Positions 27,382 to 36,228 of a DNA stretch of 64,000 bases are shown piece by piece. Every line of letters begins with the position of its first letter. Within the stretch, counting starts at the first letter, position 1. Below the pieces are notes generated by a model. It made no database searches. It was not told the DNA's origin and was given only the letters and a program-made list of their open reading frames with translations. The position numbers were made by a program, and so were the translations under genes. Source of the stretch: a virus; the IMG/VR virus record IMGVR_UViG_3300003320_000592, positions 1,054 to 65,053 of that record. One strand, given 5' to 3'.

Positions 27382-27735
27382 TCAGCCTACCCCCGGCGCG
27401 GGCGGGACGGGTATGCCGTTGACGGTCCAGCAGCGCTGTGCGTCGTCCCACGCCCATCCGGGCGGCAGGATCGCTAACATGCGCGACCTGCCATTGTGCC
27501 ATCGGTGCACCTGGAAGTCCCAGTGGCCGCCATCGGTCAGCGCTTGGATCACCACGGACAGGCTGCGCGGGGTGAACGCCGGGAGATACGGGGCGGGCTT
27601 CGGCAGGTCGAGGAGCTCGACCAGCTCGGTGTGCGTGCCCCACCATGGGGCGGTGATCTTTTTGGTCACCGCCTCGTACACGGTGTCCTGTTTGATCTTC
27701 CTGTTTTCGATCTCGTAATCGGGTGCTTTGGACAT
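27382..27735 (-). CDS. Hypothetical protein (leaderless)
   Basis: TAGTCT -10 box (27742-27747) 6 nt before ATG. Confidence 0.6.
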   Translation of the reverse strand: MSKAPDYEIENRKIKQDTVYEAVTKKITAPWWGTHTELVELLDLPKPAPYLPAFTPRSLSVVIQALTDGGHWDFQVHRWHNGRSRMLAILPPGWAWDDAQRCWTVNGIPVPPAPGVG

Positions 27736-27739
27736 GGGC

Positions 27740-28130
27740 GTAGACTAACACAACGAACGACCCACCGCATAGACTACGTAGAAACGCGAACTCTCTGGTA
27801 CCTATATTTTTTTGCGTATGAAACAGTTTAGGCAGGGGCAGAGGACTTTGGTTTGCGTGATGTGTCAGCACATTTGTGGTGGGTCGTTAGCAGCTTCGTC
27901 CGTATATGTCTGAGTTTTGCGTATGGATGGATAGAATCGTGCGTCAGCAAGCCAGAGACATGCTACGAATCGTGCGTCAGTGCGTCAGCGTTCGTCAGCG
28001 TGCGTCAGCACTGTGTCAGCACTGTGTCAGCTGCTGACGCACGTCTCGTGATCCATCTCTGCTGTTTCGGAGATCATGAACGACGTATGCGTCAGCGTGC
28101 GTCACCACAGGTGGGAGTCATGATCACGGA
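27740..28130. repeat. AT-rich non-coding region with about 10 GTCAG-core iterated repeats (candidate origin or pac region)
   Basis: CGTGCGTCAG/CACTGTGTCAG units, six consecutive at 27971-28030, one inverted copy; TATATTTTTTT tract near 27805. Confidence 0.7.
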
Positions 28131-28136
28131 ATCCGG

Positions 28137-28170
28137 TGGACAGTAGATCATCGGGACGTATACTGCTGAC
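28137..28170 (+). promoter_or_regulatory. SigA-type leaderless promoter of terS-like gene
   Basis: TGGACA-16 nt-TATACT then ATG 6 nt later. Confidence 0.65.
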
Positions 28171-28803
28171 ATGGGTGTAGAGAATCAGGCCATGGATGAA
28201 GTGATGGCGCGGCTGCTCGGGCCGCCGCCGACGCACCAGTGCAGCCGCCGGATGGACGACGAGGGCCGGCTGTGCGGCCGCGCGCCGGCGCCGGGTGCGA
28301 CCGTGTGCGACAAGCATGGCGGCAAGGCGCCCAGGACCATGGTCGCGGCGCAGAGGCGGACCGCCGAGCGCCAGGCCGTGCTCGACGCGAAGAAGGCCGT
28401 GCTGGAGCTCACGGACGAGGAGCTGATCGCCAAGTACGGCGACCCCGGGCAGACGCTCCAGTGGATCATCGCGCTGTCCCGGGCCATGGCGGCCAGGCTC
28501 CAGGCCGTGCTGGCCGACCAGGAGTCGCTGACCTACCACGACGCCTTCGGCAACATCCACGTGCGTGGAGAGGTCGGCGCGATGCTGAAAGCGGCCGACC
28601 TGGCCGGATCGCACGCCGAGCGCGCGCTGCGCCTGGGCCTGGACCGGCGCGGGCTGGAGCTCAAGGAGCAGGAGATCGCGCTGCTCGACCGCGCGCTCGA
28701 CAACGCCCTGGCGCAGGCCGGCATCGAGGGCGACGTGCAGCGGGTGTTCCGCCAGGCGCTGCGCAACGAGATCCTCGCCGCGGACAAGGAGATGGCCGGA
28801 TGA
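28171..28803 (+). CDS. terS: Terminase small subunit-like protein (HGGxxP/HGGxSTG type)
   Basis: C...CGRAPAPGATVCDKHGGKAP N-terminal motif followed by helical region. Confidence 0.55.
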   Translation: MGVENQAMDEVMARLLGPPPTHQCSRRMDDEGRLCGRAPAPGATVCDKHGGKAPRTMVAAQRRTAERQAVLDAKKAVLELTDEELIAKYGDPGQTLQWIIALSRAMAARLQAVLADQESLTYHDAFGNIHVRGEVGAMLKAADLAGSHAERALRLGLDRRGLELKEQEIALLDRALDNALAQAGIEGDVQRVFRQALRNEILAADKEMAG

Positions 28804-28868
28804 CGTTGCTCGAGAGCGTCCGGATGCTGTAATCTGCTGACAAGTAGGCACGGATCAGGGAGGAACAG

Positions 28869-29159
28869 ATGCACACCAGGCACATCGTGCACACGGCAGC
28901 ACACAACGAGTACTCAGGCAACAGGCCCGAGGCGTTCACGATGCACCACAACGGCGACTTCTCCGGCGACGTCAAGATCGAGGTCATGAGCACGCGGACC
29001 AAGGACGTCCACGACGTGAGGATCTACGGCAGTTACGTCACCGAGGTCTCCATCCCGTTCGAGGTGATCAAGCAGATCGTGGCCGAATACGTCCGGCAGG
29101 AGAAGATCAATTCTCTGATGGACGCGACCGACCATGACATCCTGACGGGCGGGGTCTGA
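28869..29159 (+). CDS. Hypothetical protein
   Basis: GATCAGGGAGG RBS element and upstream TAATCT -10. Confidence 0.6.
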   Translation: MHTRHIVHTAAHNEYSGNRPEAFTMHHNGDFSGDVKIEVMSTRTKDVHDVRIYGSYVTEVSIPFEVIKQIVAEYVRQEKINSLMDATDHDILTGGV

Positions 29160-29161
29160 CC

Positions 29162-29632
29162 GTGCTGAAGATCAACGTCCGGGGCGGGGAGCACACCGTC
29201 CGGGTGGACGGGCAGGGGATGTTCACGGCCGATGTGGACGGCCGCACGTACACGGCGGACACCCTCGCCGGCCTGCGGGACCAGGTGCGGCTGGCCGAGG
29301 GCGGGATCCAGGTGGCGGTGCCGTTCGCGGTCGCCGAATCCGGCGTCCTGCGCAACGGCGTGGCCAGGTCCGTGCGCAGGACGGACGGCGCCGTGCACGT
29401 GACGTGGGAGGACACCGGGCGCGACGGCGTGTTGACCTGGGAGCAGACGCCGCTGCGGCGCATGAGCGATGAGGAGGCCCACGAGTATCAGCGCCTGCTC
29501 GACGCGCGACTCGCGGCGCAACGGGAGCTCAACCGGTTCGAGGACAGCCGCCGGATCTTCCTGACCGCCGCGATCGACGAAGCGCGCCGACAGGCCCTGG
29601 AGTCGGTCGATACGGAGAAGGACAAGGGCTGA
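29162..29632 (+). CDS. Hypothetical protein
   Basis: Operon packing. Confidence 0.55.
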   Translation: MLKINVRGGEHTVRVDGQGMFTADVDGRTYTADTLAGLRDQVRLAEGGIQVAVPFAVAESGVLRNGVARSVRRTDGAVHVTWEDTGRDGVLTWEQTPLRRMSDEEAHEYQRLLDARLAAQRELNRFEDSRRIFLTAAIDEARRQALESVDTEKDKG

Positions 29633-29633
29633 G

Positions 29634-29834
29634 ATGGTCGAGAAGATCAGGGTGTCCGTCGAGTACCCCGGAGGTGGTGGAACGACGTACTACGACCTGC
29701 CCGAGGGCTGGGCCACGATGGACACGACCGAGCGCGATGCCCTACTGGCTGAGATGGCGTCCGAAGAGCTGTCGAACTATGACGTCGGATCCGGCGCATC
29801 CGTGGTCGATGTGCCGGAAGATGGAGAATCCTGA
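29634..29834 (+). CDS. Hypothetical acidic protein
   Basis: Operon packing. Confidence 0.5.
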   Translation: MVEKIRVSVEYPGGGGTTYYDLPEGWATMDTTERDALLAEMASEELSNYDVGSGASVVDVPEDGES

Positions 29835-29835
29835 G

Positions 29836-30171
29836 ATGCCCGAGCCCATGAAGCAACGCCCCGGGGATCAGCCGCTCCCGAAGCCGGGCCGTGACGACGT
29901 CCAGAAGGCGCTGATCACCGCAATCGAACTGCGCCGCGAGGTCGGCATTTCCCGGTACGGCTCGCCGCTGATGACGCACAATGGCCGCGACGCGCTGCAG
30001 GACGCCTGGGAGGAGGCGGTCGACCTGCTCACGTACATCACCCAGGTGCGCATGGAGCGCGCCGACACGCGGCAGGCGATCGGATACCTCGACCGCTGGC
30101 TCGCGCAGCACGCCGACGAGCACGGCAGCGCGCTGATCGCGATGGCGCGCGAACTGCTGGCAGGATCGTGA
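29836..30171 (+). CDS. Possible all-alpha NTP pyrophosphatase-like protein
   Basis: GISRYG...NGRDALQDAWEEAVDLLTY EExxD motif. Confidence 0.4.
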   Translation: MPEPMKQRPGDQPLPKPGRDDVQKALITAIELRREVGISRYGSPLMTHNGRDALQDAWEEAVDLLTYITQVRMERADTRQAIGYLDRWLAQHADEHGSALIAMARELLAGS

Positions 30172-30202
30172 CGGCGACGGTGATCAGTGAGGTGCGGATC
30201 CG

Positions 30203-32005
30203 GTGACGCGCGTCGGATCGTTGTGCTCCGGCGTGGGTGGGCTCGACCTGGCCGTCGAGGACGTGTTCCCGGGCGCCGAGCTCGCCTGGTATGCCCAGTA
30301 CGAGCCGCCGAACCGGAAGACGGGCAAGCCGGACCGGAACCAGTACGCCGCGAAGATCATGGCGCACCACTGGCCCGGCGTGCCCAACCTCGGAGACATC
30401 GCCACGATCGACTACAGCGGCATCGAGCCCGTGGACCTGCTCATGGCCGGGTTCCCGTGCACGGACGTCTCCCTCGCGGGCAAGCGCGAAGGCCTTATGC
30501 CGGGCACGCGATCCGGGGTGTGGGCGCACGTGGCGCGCGCCATCGCCTTCCTGCGGCCGAAGCTGGTGTTCATCGAGAACGTGAGGAGCCTGACCAGTGC
30601 CAGAGCCCATTGCGATCTGGAACACTGCCCGGGGTGTATGGGAGAGCCCGACGACAGGTACCGGCCCCTGCGGGCACTCGGAGCCGTACTCGGAGACCTG
30701 GCCGACCTCGGGCTCGATGCGGAATGGCTGTGCCTACCCGCCCGCGACGTCGGAGCCCCGCACCTGCGCTGGCGCATCTTCATCCTCGCCTGGCCGATTG
30801 CTGAAGACCCCGACCGCGCAATTGGCGGTCAACGGCGGATCTCAGCACCCGGACAAGAGGACTGCGGGCGGCCATGGGGCGACACTCGCGGACCAGGTGG
30901 AGAAGGGCCTGATGTTTCCGACGCCGCAGGCGTCGGACGAGGAGAAGGGCGGCCCGAACCAGCGCGGCTCCTCCGGGGACCTGACTCTGCCTTCGGTGGC
31001 GGCCCGGCTTCTGCCGACGCCGACGAGGATGGACGGGAACGGCGCGCGCAACAGGACCGCGAATCGCTTGAACCCATACTCGAAGCATCACGACGGAATG
31101 ACGCTGTCCGACGCGATGGCGCTCCTGCTCGCTTCCCCTGGGAGCTCACCGACTACGGACCCGCCGTCGAGCGGTGGGAGCGGATCACAGGGCGGCACGC
31201 GCCCCGGCCCCGCAACGAGCGCGAGCGGCTGAGCCCGCGGTTCGTCGAGTGGATGATGGGTCTGCCGGACGGATGGGTGACCGGTGTGCCGGGGATTCCG
31301 AACAGCGCGCAGCTGCACGCGCTGGGCAACGGGGTCGTGCCGAGGCAGGCCGCGGCGGCGCTGCGAACGCTCATGGCAGCATACGAACAACGAGGAGATG
31401 ACGGCATGGCGGACAAGACGTTCGGCGCGTGGCTGCTGGGGCAGACCGAGCGCCAGGACACCACCGGCACGCTCGCGCGCGCGTGGAAGGCGCTGCGCGA
31501 GGCCAACGGGCACACGCGGGTGCGCACCGCCAAGGGAATCAGAGAGCTGATGATGGGAGCGCTCGGCGACGACTGGGCCGCGCTGCGCGGGGACGAGACC
31601 TTCGCCGAGGCCGAGCGCGAGTGGAAGGGTGGTGAAACCGGTTCGTACCGGCTGACCGAGCAGGGCGCACAGGCTGCCGCGGCCCTGGCGCCGTATGCGG
31701 GACGGCAAATCAGCGAGTCGGAGCACGGCAGTCAGCCGCCCGCGCCCGGCTCGGAGATCACGCAGCACGCCGTCCTCGTGATCGAGGGCGTGGAGCTGCT
31801 GCTGGAGGCGGGCAAGCGGTATCTGCTCAAGCCCGGACTGCCGGTGATCCGCGAGGACGACGGGCCCGTGCACGCGCCGGATACCGCGGAGGCGGTGCTC
31901 GACGCCGCGGTACGGCCGGACGGCGGGATCGACTGGGCTGCGCTCTACGAGATGGCGGACCATACTGTGCCCGAAGGCGTGTACGCGGGCCAGGGAGAGG
32001 AGTGA
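30203..32005 (+). CDS. DNA cytosine-5 methyltransferase, continuing in frame into a YozE-like domain (likely second start at 31406)
   Basis: SLCSGVGG (I), AGFPCTDVS (IV), FIENV (VI), RWRIFI (VIII), RLSPRFVEWMMGLP (IX), LGNGVVP (X). Confidence 0.88.
   Translation: MTRVGSLCSGVGGLDLAVEDVFPGAELAWYAQYEPPNRKTGKPDRNQYAAKIMAHHWPGVPNLGDIATIDYSGIEPVDLLMAGFPCTDVSLAGKREGLMPGTRSGVWAHVARAIAFLRPKLVFIENVRSLTSARAHCDLEHCPGCMGEPDDRYRPLRALGAVLGDLADLGLDAEWLCLPARDVGAPHLRWRIFILAWPIAEDPDRAIGGQRRISAPGQEDCGRPWGDTRGPGGEGPDVSDAAGVGRGEGRPEPARLLRGPDSAFGGGPASADADEDGRERRAQQDRESLEPILEASRRNDAVRRDGAPARFPWELTDYGPAVERWERITGRHAPRPRNERERLSPRFVEWMMGLPDGWVTGVPGIPNSAQLHALGNGVVPRQAAAALRTLMAAYEQRGDDGMADKTFGAWLLGQTERQDTTGTLARAWKALREANGHTRVRTAKGIRELMMGALGDDWAALRGDETFAEAEREWKGGETGSYRLTEQGAQAAAALAPYAGRQISESEHGSQPPAPGSEITQHAVLVIEGVELLLEAGKRYLLKPGLPVIREDDGPVHAPDTAEAVLDAAVRPDGGIDWAALYEMADHTVPEGVYAGQGEE
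30597..31232 (+). CDS. Nested alternative-frame ORF within the MTase (TRD/beta-subunit-like)
   Basis: GAGGAG RBS 8 nt before GTG; SETWPTSGSMRNG and three L.PTP...TL repeats. Confidence 0.65.
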   Translation: MPEPIAIWNTARGVWESPTTGTGPCGHSEPYSETWPTSGSMRNGCAYPPATSEPRTCAGASSSSPGRLLKTPTAQLAVNGGSQHPDKRTAGGHGATLADQVEKGLMFPTPQASDEEKGGPNQRGSSGDLTLPSVAARLLPTPTRMDGNGARNRTANRLNPYSKHHDGMTLSDAMALLLASPGSSPTTDPPSSGGSGSQGGTRPGPATSASG

Positions 32006-32493
32006 TCATGATGAGGACGAGGAAGCGCGTCATCGACCAGGACGGCGTCGAGCTGCACGAGCGTCCGTCCGGGCTGCGCGCGGCATGGGCCATGATGCGG
32101 TCCCGGGCGCAGGACGACGAGCCCGCGCTGCTGCGCCGGACGCCGAACACCGGCCCCGACGACCTGGCCGGCGTCTCCCGTATGCCGTTCACCATCACCC
32201 GGGCGCGGGACCTGGTACGGCTCGGCTTCGAGGCGCTCGAACGCGAGATGGACCGCAGGGCGGCGGCACTGGCAGTGCGCGGGCAGACGCTGGCCGGGCA
32301 GAACCACATGCACATGAAGATGCTCGACGAGCGGCTGGAGCGGCTCGCGGCCCGGCAGCGGGCGTGGATCGCGCGCGAGGACGGACACGCCATGGCCGCG
32401 GCCTACGAGCACGGCGGCACCGAGCTGGTGGCGAAGATGACCCCCGACCTGCTGGCCCGGATGGACGAGATGGCGAAGGCGGCCGCGGCGTGA
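32002..32493 (+). CDS. Hypothetical protein
   Basis: Coupled; GGAGAGG RBS. Confidence 0.5.
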   Translation: MIMMRTRKRVIDQDGVELHERPSGLRAAWAMMRSRAQDDEPALLRRTPNTGPDDLAGVSRMPFTITRARDLVRLGFEALEREMDRRAAALAVRGQTLAGQNHMHMKMLDERLERLAARQRAWIAREDGHAMAAAYEHGGTELVAKMTPDLLARMDEMAKAAAA

Positions 32494-32693
32494 GCGGCCC
32501 GGCGCGCACGGCGGACGTCATCGTCAAGATGCGGATACGGGTCACCGACACCGCCACCGAAGGCGAGATGGTGGACCACGTGCTCGACGCGCTGCGGCGC
32601 GTCCAGGTCGAGTCGGTCCACGAGAACGCCACGCTCGACATCACCGAAGTCGGCGCGGCCGTCATCACCAAGCACACAGGAGGCTCGTTGTGA
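32490..32693 (+). CDS. Hypothetical protein
   Basis: GTGA coupling. Confidence 0.45.
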   Translation: MSGPARTADVIVKMRIRVTDTATEGEMVDHVLDALRRVQVESVHENATLDITEVGAAVITKHTGGSL

Positions 32694-32887
32694 GCATGTC
32701 AGAGATCTTCCGCCCCATCGGCGAGCTGGACGAGTCGGACGGCGTCGTGATCGACCGGCGCGGATCGCACTGGGTGCAGACCGTGGCGGACGCGGTCGAG
32801 CGCGCCGTGGACAGCGGGGAGACCACGTACCTGGTCGAGGACGGCCGGCGCGTGGCCGTCATCTCACCCGCGGCCGCGGCGGAGTAG
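32690..32887 (+). CDS. Phd/YefM antitoxin-like small protein
   Basis: AVERAVDSGETTYLVEDGRRVAVISP resembles the Phd DNA-binding core; no cognate toxin recognised. Confidence 0.35.
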   Translation: MSMSEIFRPIGELDESDGVVIDRRGSHWVQTVADAVERAVDSGETTYLVEDGRRVAVISPAAAAE

Positions 32888-32891
32888 CGCC

Positions 32892-33140
32892 GTGGCGGGG
32901 GGTTTCTTCGAGACCGGGCACGCGTACGTGCGCACCGACATCCCCGAGGCGTGCTACGAGTTCCGCTGCGTGGCCGTCTGCGAGGCGCCGACGCCCGGGG
33001 CGGTCGGCCGGTTCGCGTTCGGGTTCCAGATCGACCGCGGCACCGGCTGCCTGAACCGCTGGCTGCCCGCCATGGTGGCCGAGCGCGGCGGCGCGGCGAC
33101 GGACGGGACGTGGGCTGACGCCGGCGTGTTCGCGCAGTGA
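32892..33140 (+). CDS. Hypothetical protein
   Basis: ORF track, packing. Confidence 0.45.
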   Translation: MAGGFFETGHAYVRTDIPEACYEFRCVAVCEAPTPGAVGRFAFGFQIDRGTGCLNRWLPAMVAERGGAATDGTWADAGVFAQ

Positions 33141-33308
33141 CCGCGTTCCTGACCGGGCTGGCCACCGGCATGTGCCTGATCGCCGTCGGGGAGTACGCGT
33201 ACGTCGCCTACGCGGTCCGAAACCGGACACGCGGCGCGCAGACTGATGACACGAAGCTCGGTTCCGGGTAGAGTGCCACTGAGGACAAGTTCAGGGAAGA
33301 GAGGGACC

Positions 33309-33587
33309 ATGGATCAGGACACTGCTGCGAAACGGTGGGAGCGGTTCGACTCCGACCCCGAGGCGATCGCCTGGGCCCGTGCCAAGGTCGTCTGGGCGAT
33401 CCGGCAGGCCGAGCACTTCGAGAAGCAGGCCAACAACGCCCGCAACCTCAAGGCCGGCCAGCGCTGGCACATCGTCGCCGGATACATGCGTCGGGCGCTG
33501 CTCGGCGGCACCGGATGCGCGATCGCGGCCTTCGACACGCGCCTGCCCGAATGGGTCGAGCGCGTGAACGCCGGTGAACCGCAGTGA
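33309..33587 (+). CDS. Hypothetical protein
   Basis: TAGAGT -10 and GTTCAGGGAAGA RBS element. Confidence 0.6.
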   Translation: MDQDTAAKRWERFDSDPEAIAWARAKVVWAIRQAEHFEKQANNARNLKAGQRWHIVAGYMRRALLGGTGCAIAAFDTRLPEWVERVNAGEPQ

Positions 33588-33994
33588 CCGCGCGTGTCCT
33601 GGTGACCGGATCGCGCCTGTTCACCGCGGCGCACATCGTGCAGGAGGCGTTGGAGCGCGCCGTGGACGAGCTCGGCACCGGCCTGGTGGTCGTGCACGGG
33701 GCGGCCCGCGGCGCCGACGAGTTGGCCGACGTGCTGGCCCCCGCGCTGGGCCTGACCGTGGAGCGCCGGCCCGCCGCATGGGACAAGACGGGACTGACGG
33801 CCGGGCTCGTCCGCAACCACGAAATGATCAATGCCGGGGCCGATCTGTGCCTGGCGTTCCGTGTGGACGGGCTGCCGTGCAACGGCACGTCGCACTGCGC
33901 CTGGTACGCGGGCATGGCCGGGATCCCGGTGCGCTGGTACGTGCAGAGCGCGCCGGACGACCGTCCGGCGCCGCGCAGGTGGACGGGCCTGTGA
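33584..33994 (+). CDS. SLOG-family protein (DUF2493/YspA-like)
   Basis: VLVTGSR, VVHGAARGAD, AGLVRN..M, GTSHC motifs. Confidence 0.8.
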   Translation: MTARVLVTGSRLFTAAHIVQEALERAVDELGTGLVVVHGAARGADELADVLAPALGLTVERRPAAWDKTGLTAGLVRNHEMINAGADLCLAFRVDGLPCNGTSHCAWYAGMAGIPVRWYVQSAPDDRPAPRRWTGL

Positions 33995-34638
33995 CCGCCG
34001 CGTCGTTCATCGGGGCCGCGGCCTTCTGGCTCGGGACGGTCGCCTGCCTGCCGCCGACGTGGCGGGTGTGGCGGCGGCGCTCGGCCGGGGACTACTCGTG
34101 GCTGGGCTTGGCGATGTCGCTGGCGTGCATGACGCTGATGGAGACGTATCTGGTTCTGCTCGGGAACTGGCTGGCACTGGGTGCGCAGGCGGTCGGCTAT
34201 GCGGCCTGCCTCGTGATCACGGTGGTGAAGTGGGCGACGGAGCGACACCGGGTCCCAAGCATGAGCAACGGGCCGGTCCGTGGTCCGGCTCCCGTCAAGA
34301 AGATCAGGGAAGAGGCAGCGATGAACAACGGAATGACGCCGACGGAGCAGGCCGAGGAGTTCCTGGAGGCGACCTCCGGCCAGCCGGACGACATGTGGCT
34401 GAGCCAGACGACGGGGCCCGACCTGCGCCCGGTCCGGCTCACACTGGGCACCGTGCGCGCGCTGGTCGGCCAGGTCCGGTACGACGCCGTGCGGATCCGG
34501 ACGGCGCAGGGCGTGGAGGAGCACCTGCTCGCCCGGGTCAGGGCGATGACGGCCGAGCGTGACGAGCTGCGCGCGGGCATCGGATTCATCGCAGATCAAG
34601 CGGCGACGGCGCGCGAGCGGATGGCGGAGGGGCTGTGA
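33991..34638 (+). CDS. PQ-loop/SemiSWEET-like 3-TM protein, in frame with a soluble ORF (probable start 34321)
   Basis: CLPPTWRVWRRRSAGDYS loop and three TM helices; GATCAGGGAAGA RBS element before 34321. Confidence 0.5.
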   Translation: MTAASFIGAAAFWLGTVACLPPTWRVWRRRSAGDYSWLGLAMSLACMTLMETYLVLLGNWLALGAQAVGYAACLVITVVKWATERHRVPSMSNGPVRGPAPVKKIREEAAMNNGMTPTEQAEEFLEATSGQPDDMWLSQTTGPDLRPVRLTLGTVRALVGQVRYDAVRIRTAQGVEEHLLARVRAMTAERDELRAGIGFIADQAATARERMAEGL

Positions 34639-34898
34639 TGGTCATCGGAGAGTGGGACGGCAGCATCGAGGACGCACCGACGTGCCACTGCCTGTGCGAG
34701 GTCATCCACCCGCGTATCGCCCTGTGCGACGTCGAGGAGGCGCGCGCCCTGGTGTCGATGGACACCGAGGGCACGCGGCGCGGGCCCGGCCGGTACGAGA
34801 TGCTGATGTGCCGGCCGTGCGCCGAGGCGACGATGGACCGCCATCCGCGGGCCCGGGACATCGTGGTGCTGGTGGCCCGGGAGAAGGCGACGCAGTGA
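34635..34898 (+). CDS. Small Cys-rich hypothetical protein
   Basis: CHCLC, C, CRPC. Confidence 0.5.
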   Translation: MMVIGEWDGSIEDAPTCHCLCEVIHPRIALCDVEEARALVSMDTEGTRRGPGRYEMLMCRPCAEATMDRHPRARDIVVLVAREKATQ

Positions 34899-35092
34899 CG
34901 GCACCGCACACCCTGGAGGTCCGGGCCGTGCGTCCGACCATCGCGGAGCGGCGGTCCGTGTGCTCGCCCGACCTGGTCATCGGGCCCAGCACGCTCGGCT
35001 ACTACCTGGCGTGCACCGGATGCGAGGCCGCCGACCCGACAACGCACGAGACCAGTCGGCTGGCCGAACAGACCGGCTGGCGACACTCGTAG
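34895..35092 (+). CDS. Hypothetical protein
   Basis: GTGA coupling. Confidence 0.4.
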   Translation: MTAPHTLEVRAVRPTIAERRSVCSPDLVIGPSTLGYYLACTGCEAADPTTHETSRLAEQTGWRHS

Positions 35093-35106
35093 AGAAGAGG
35101 ATTCGA

Positions 35107-35478
35107 ATGCCCGCTGAGATCGTCGTCACCGGACCCGTACCGCCCGCCGGGAGCAAGTGGTGCTTCGTGTGCGCGTACACCTGGAAGGCCGCCGTCAACG
35201 ACCACTTCGTCAAGGAGGTCGAGCAGGCCATGGCGGCGCCGGACGGCAGTGACCCGGTGGTGCTCGACGCCGGCGCCGTCGAAGGGCTGCCCGCGCTGTT
35301 CTGCGCGGTCGCGGTCGGGCTGTACATGCCGCTGCAGCAGATGGGCCCGCTGGAGCTGTGCTGGACGCACCTGAACGCGATCAAGCTGCAGACCGCGAGC
35401 GGCCTGGCGCTGCCCGTGCCGGGGATGGGCGGCATGCCCGGTCAGGGCCTGCCCGGGATGAACGGGTTCCGGCCATGA
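35107..35478 (+). CDS. Hypothetical protein with CxxC
   Basis: GAAGAGG RBS. Confidence 0.5.
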   Translation: MPAEIVVTGPVPPAGSKWCFVCAYTWKAAVNDHFVKEVEQAMAAPDGSDPVVLDAGAVEGLPALFCAVAVGLYMPLQQMGPLELCWTHLNAIKLQTASGLALPVPGMGGMPGQGLPGMNGFRP

Positions 35479-35675
35479 CGTACGGCTACGAGACCGACGC
35501 CGAGCCGCAGCCCAAGCACGGCGACCACGGCACCTGCGCCGCATGCGGCCAGGAGATCGAGTACCGCGTCGGGTTGATCCGCAACGGGCTCGACACCGAC
35601 ATGCAGGACGCCCGATGGATCCACGTGGTCAAGCCTGTCGACGGACACATCGCCGTCCTGGGAGGCCCGGCATGA
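35475..35675 (+). CDS. Hypothetical Zn-ribbon-like protein
   Basis: CAACG; ATGA coupling. Confidence 0.45.
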   Translation: MTYGYETDAEPQPKHGDHGTCAACGQEIEYRVGLIRNGLDTDMQDARWIHVVKPVDGHIAVLGGPA

Positions 35676-36106
35676 CGCCCGAACGCCTCGCCGCGATCCG
35701 CACGATGGTGACGCGAGTGCCCGACAGCCGCACAATTCGCTGGGGCGACGCCACCGTCCGCGAACTGCTGGCCGAAGTCGAGCGGCTCACCCGCGAACGC
35801 GACGACGCGCGCGACGCTGGCCGCCGGATCTACGCTGAGCGCATCAGCTTCTGGAAGACGCCCGGTCCGGAGTACCTGAGCCGCCTCGGCCTCCCCGCAC
35901 TGCCCGACTGGCTCGACGACGACCGGTGTGGCGCCATGGGACCGCCGTCCCTGTGCGGCGACGAAGGCAGGCAGTGCGGATCCTGCGAACTGCCTCGGGG
36001 ACACCGCAACGCCTACCACCGCGACGGCAACGGCTGGTGGCTCGATGAGCCTGCCACAGACGCGGCAGTAAGCGCGGCCGCGCCCGAGGAAGACACCACC
36101 ACATGA
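35672..36106 (+). CDS. Hypothetical protein
   Basis: ATGA coupling; MTPERLAAIR start shared with 38741 ORF. Confidence 0.5.
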   Translation: MTPERLAAIRTMVTRVPDSRTIRWGDATVRELLAEVERLTRERDDARDAGRRIYAERISFWKTPGPEYLSRLGLPALPDWLDDDRCGAMGPPSLCGDEGRQCGSCELPRGHRNAYHRDGNGWWLDEPATDAAVSAAAPEEDTTT

Positions 36107-36228
36107 CTCCTCAACACCTGGTGGTCGCACGAGAAGCATCCGGAGGACGGACACGACGCCGAGCCTCCGACCCGGCCATGATCGATGAGGGAAGAGAACG
36201 GGATCCTGGGAGTCTGGAGGTCGTAAAC

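Noticed and set aside
27930-28110. GTCAG repeats as a mini-CRISPR array
   Set aside because: Units are 8-11 nt and abut without unique spacers.
32690-32887. Complete toxin-antitoxin module
   Set aside because: Only weak Phd-like resemblance and no recognisable adjacent toxin.
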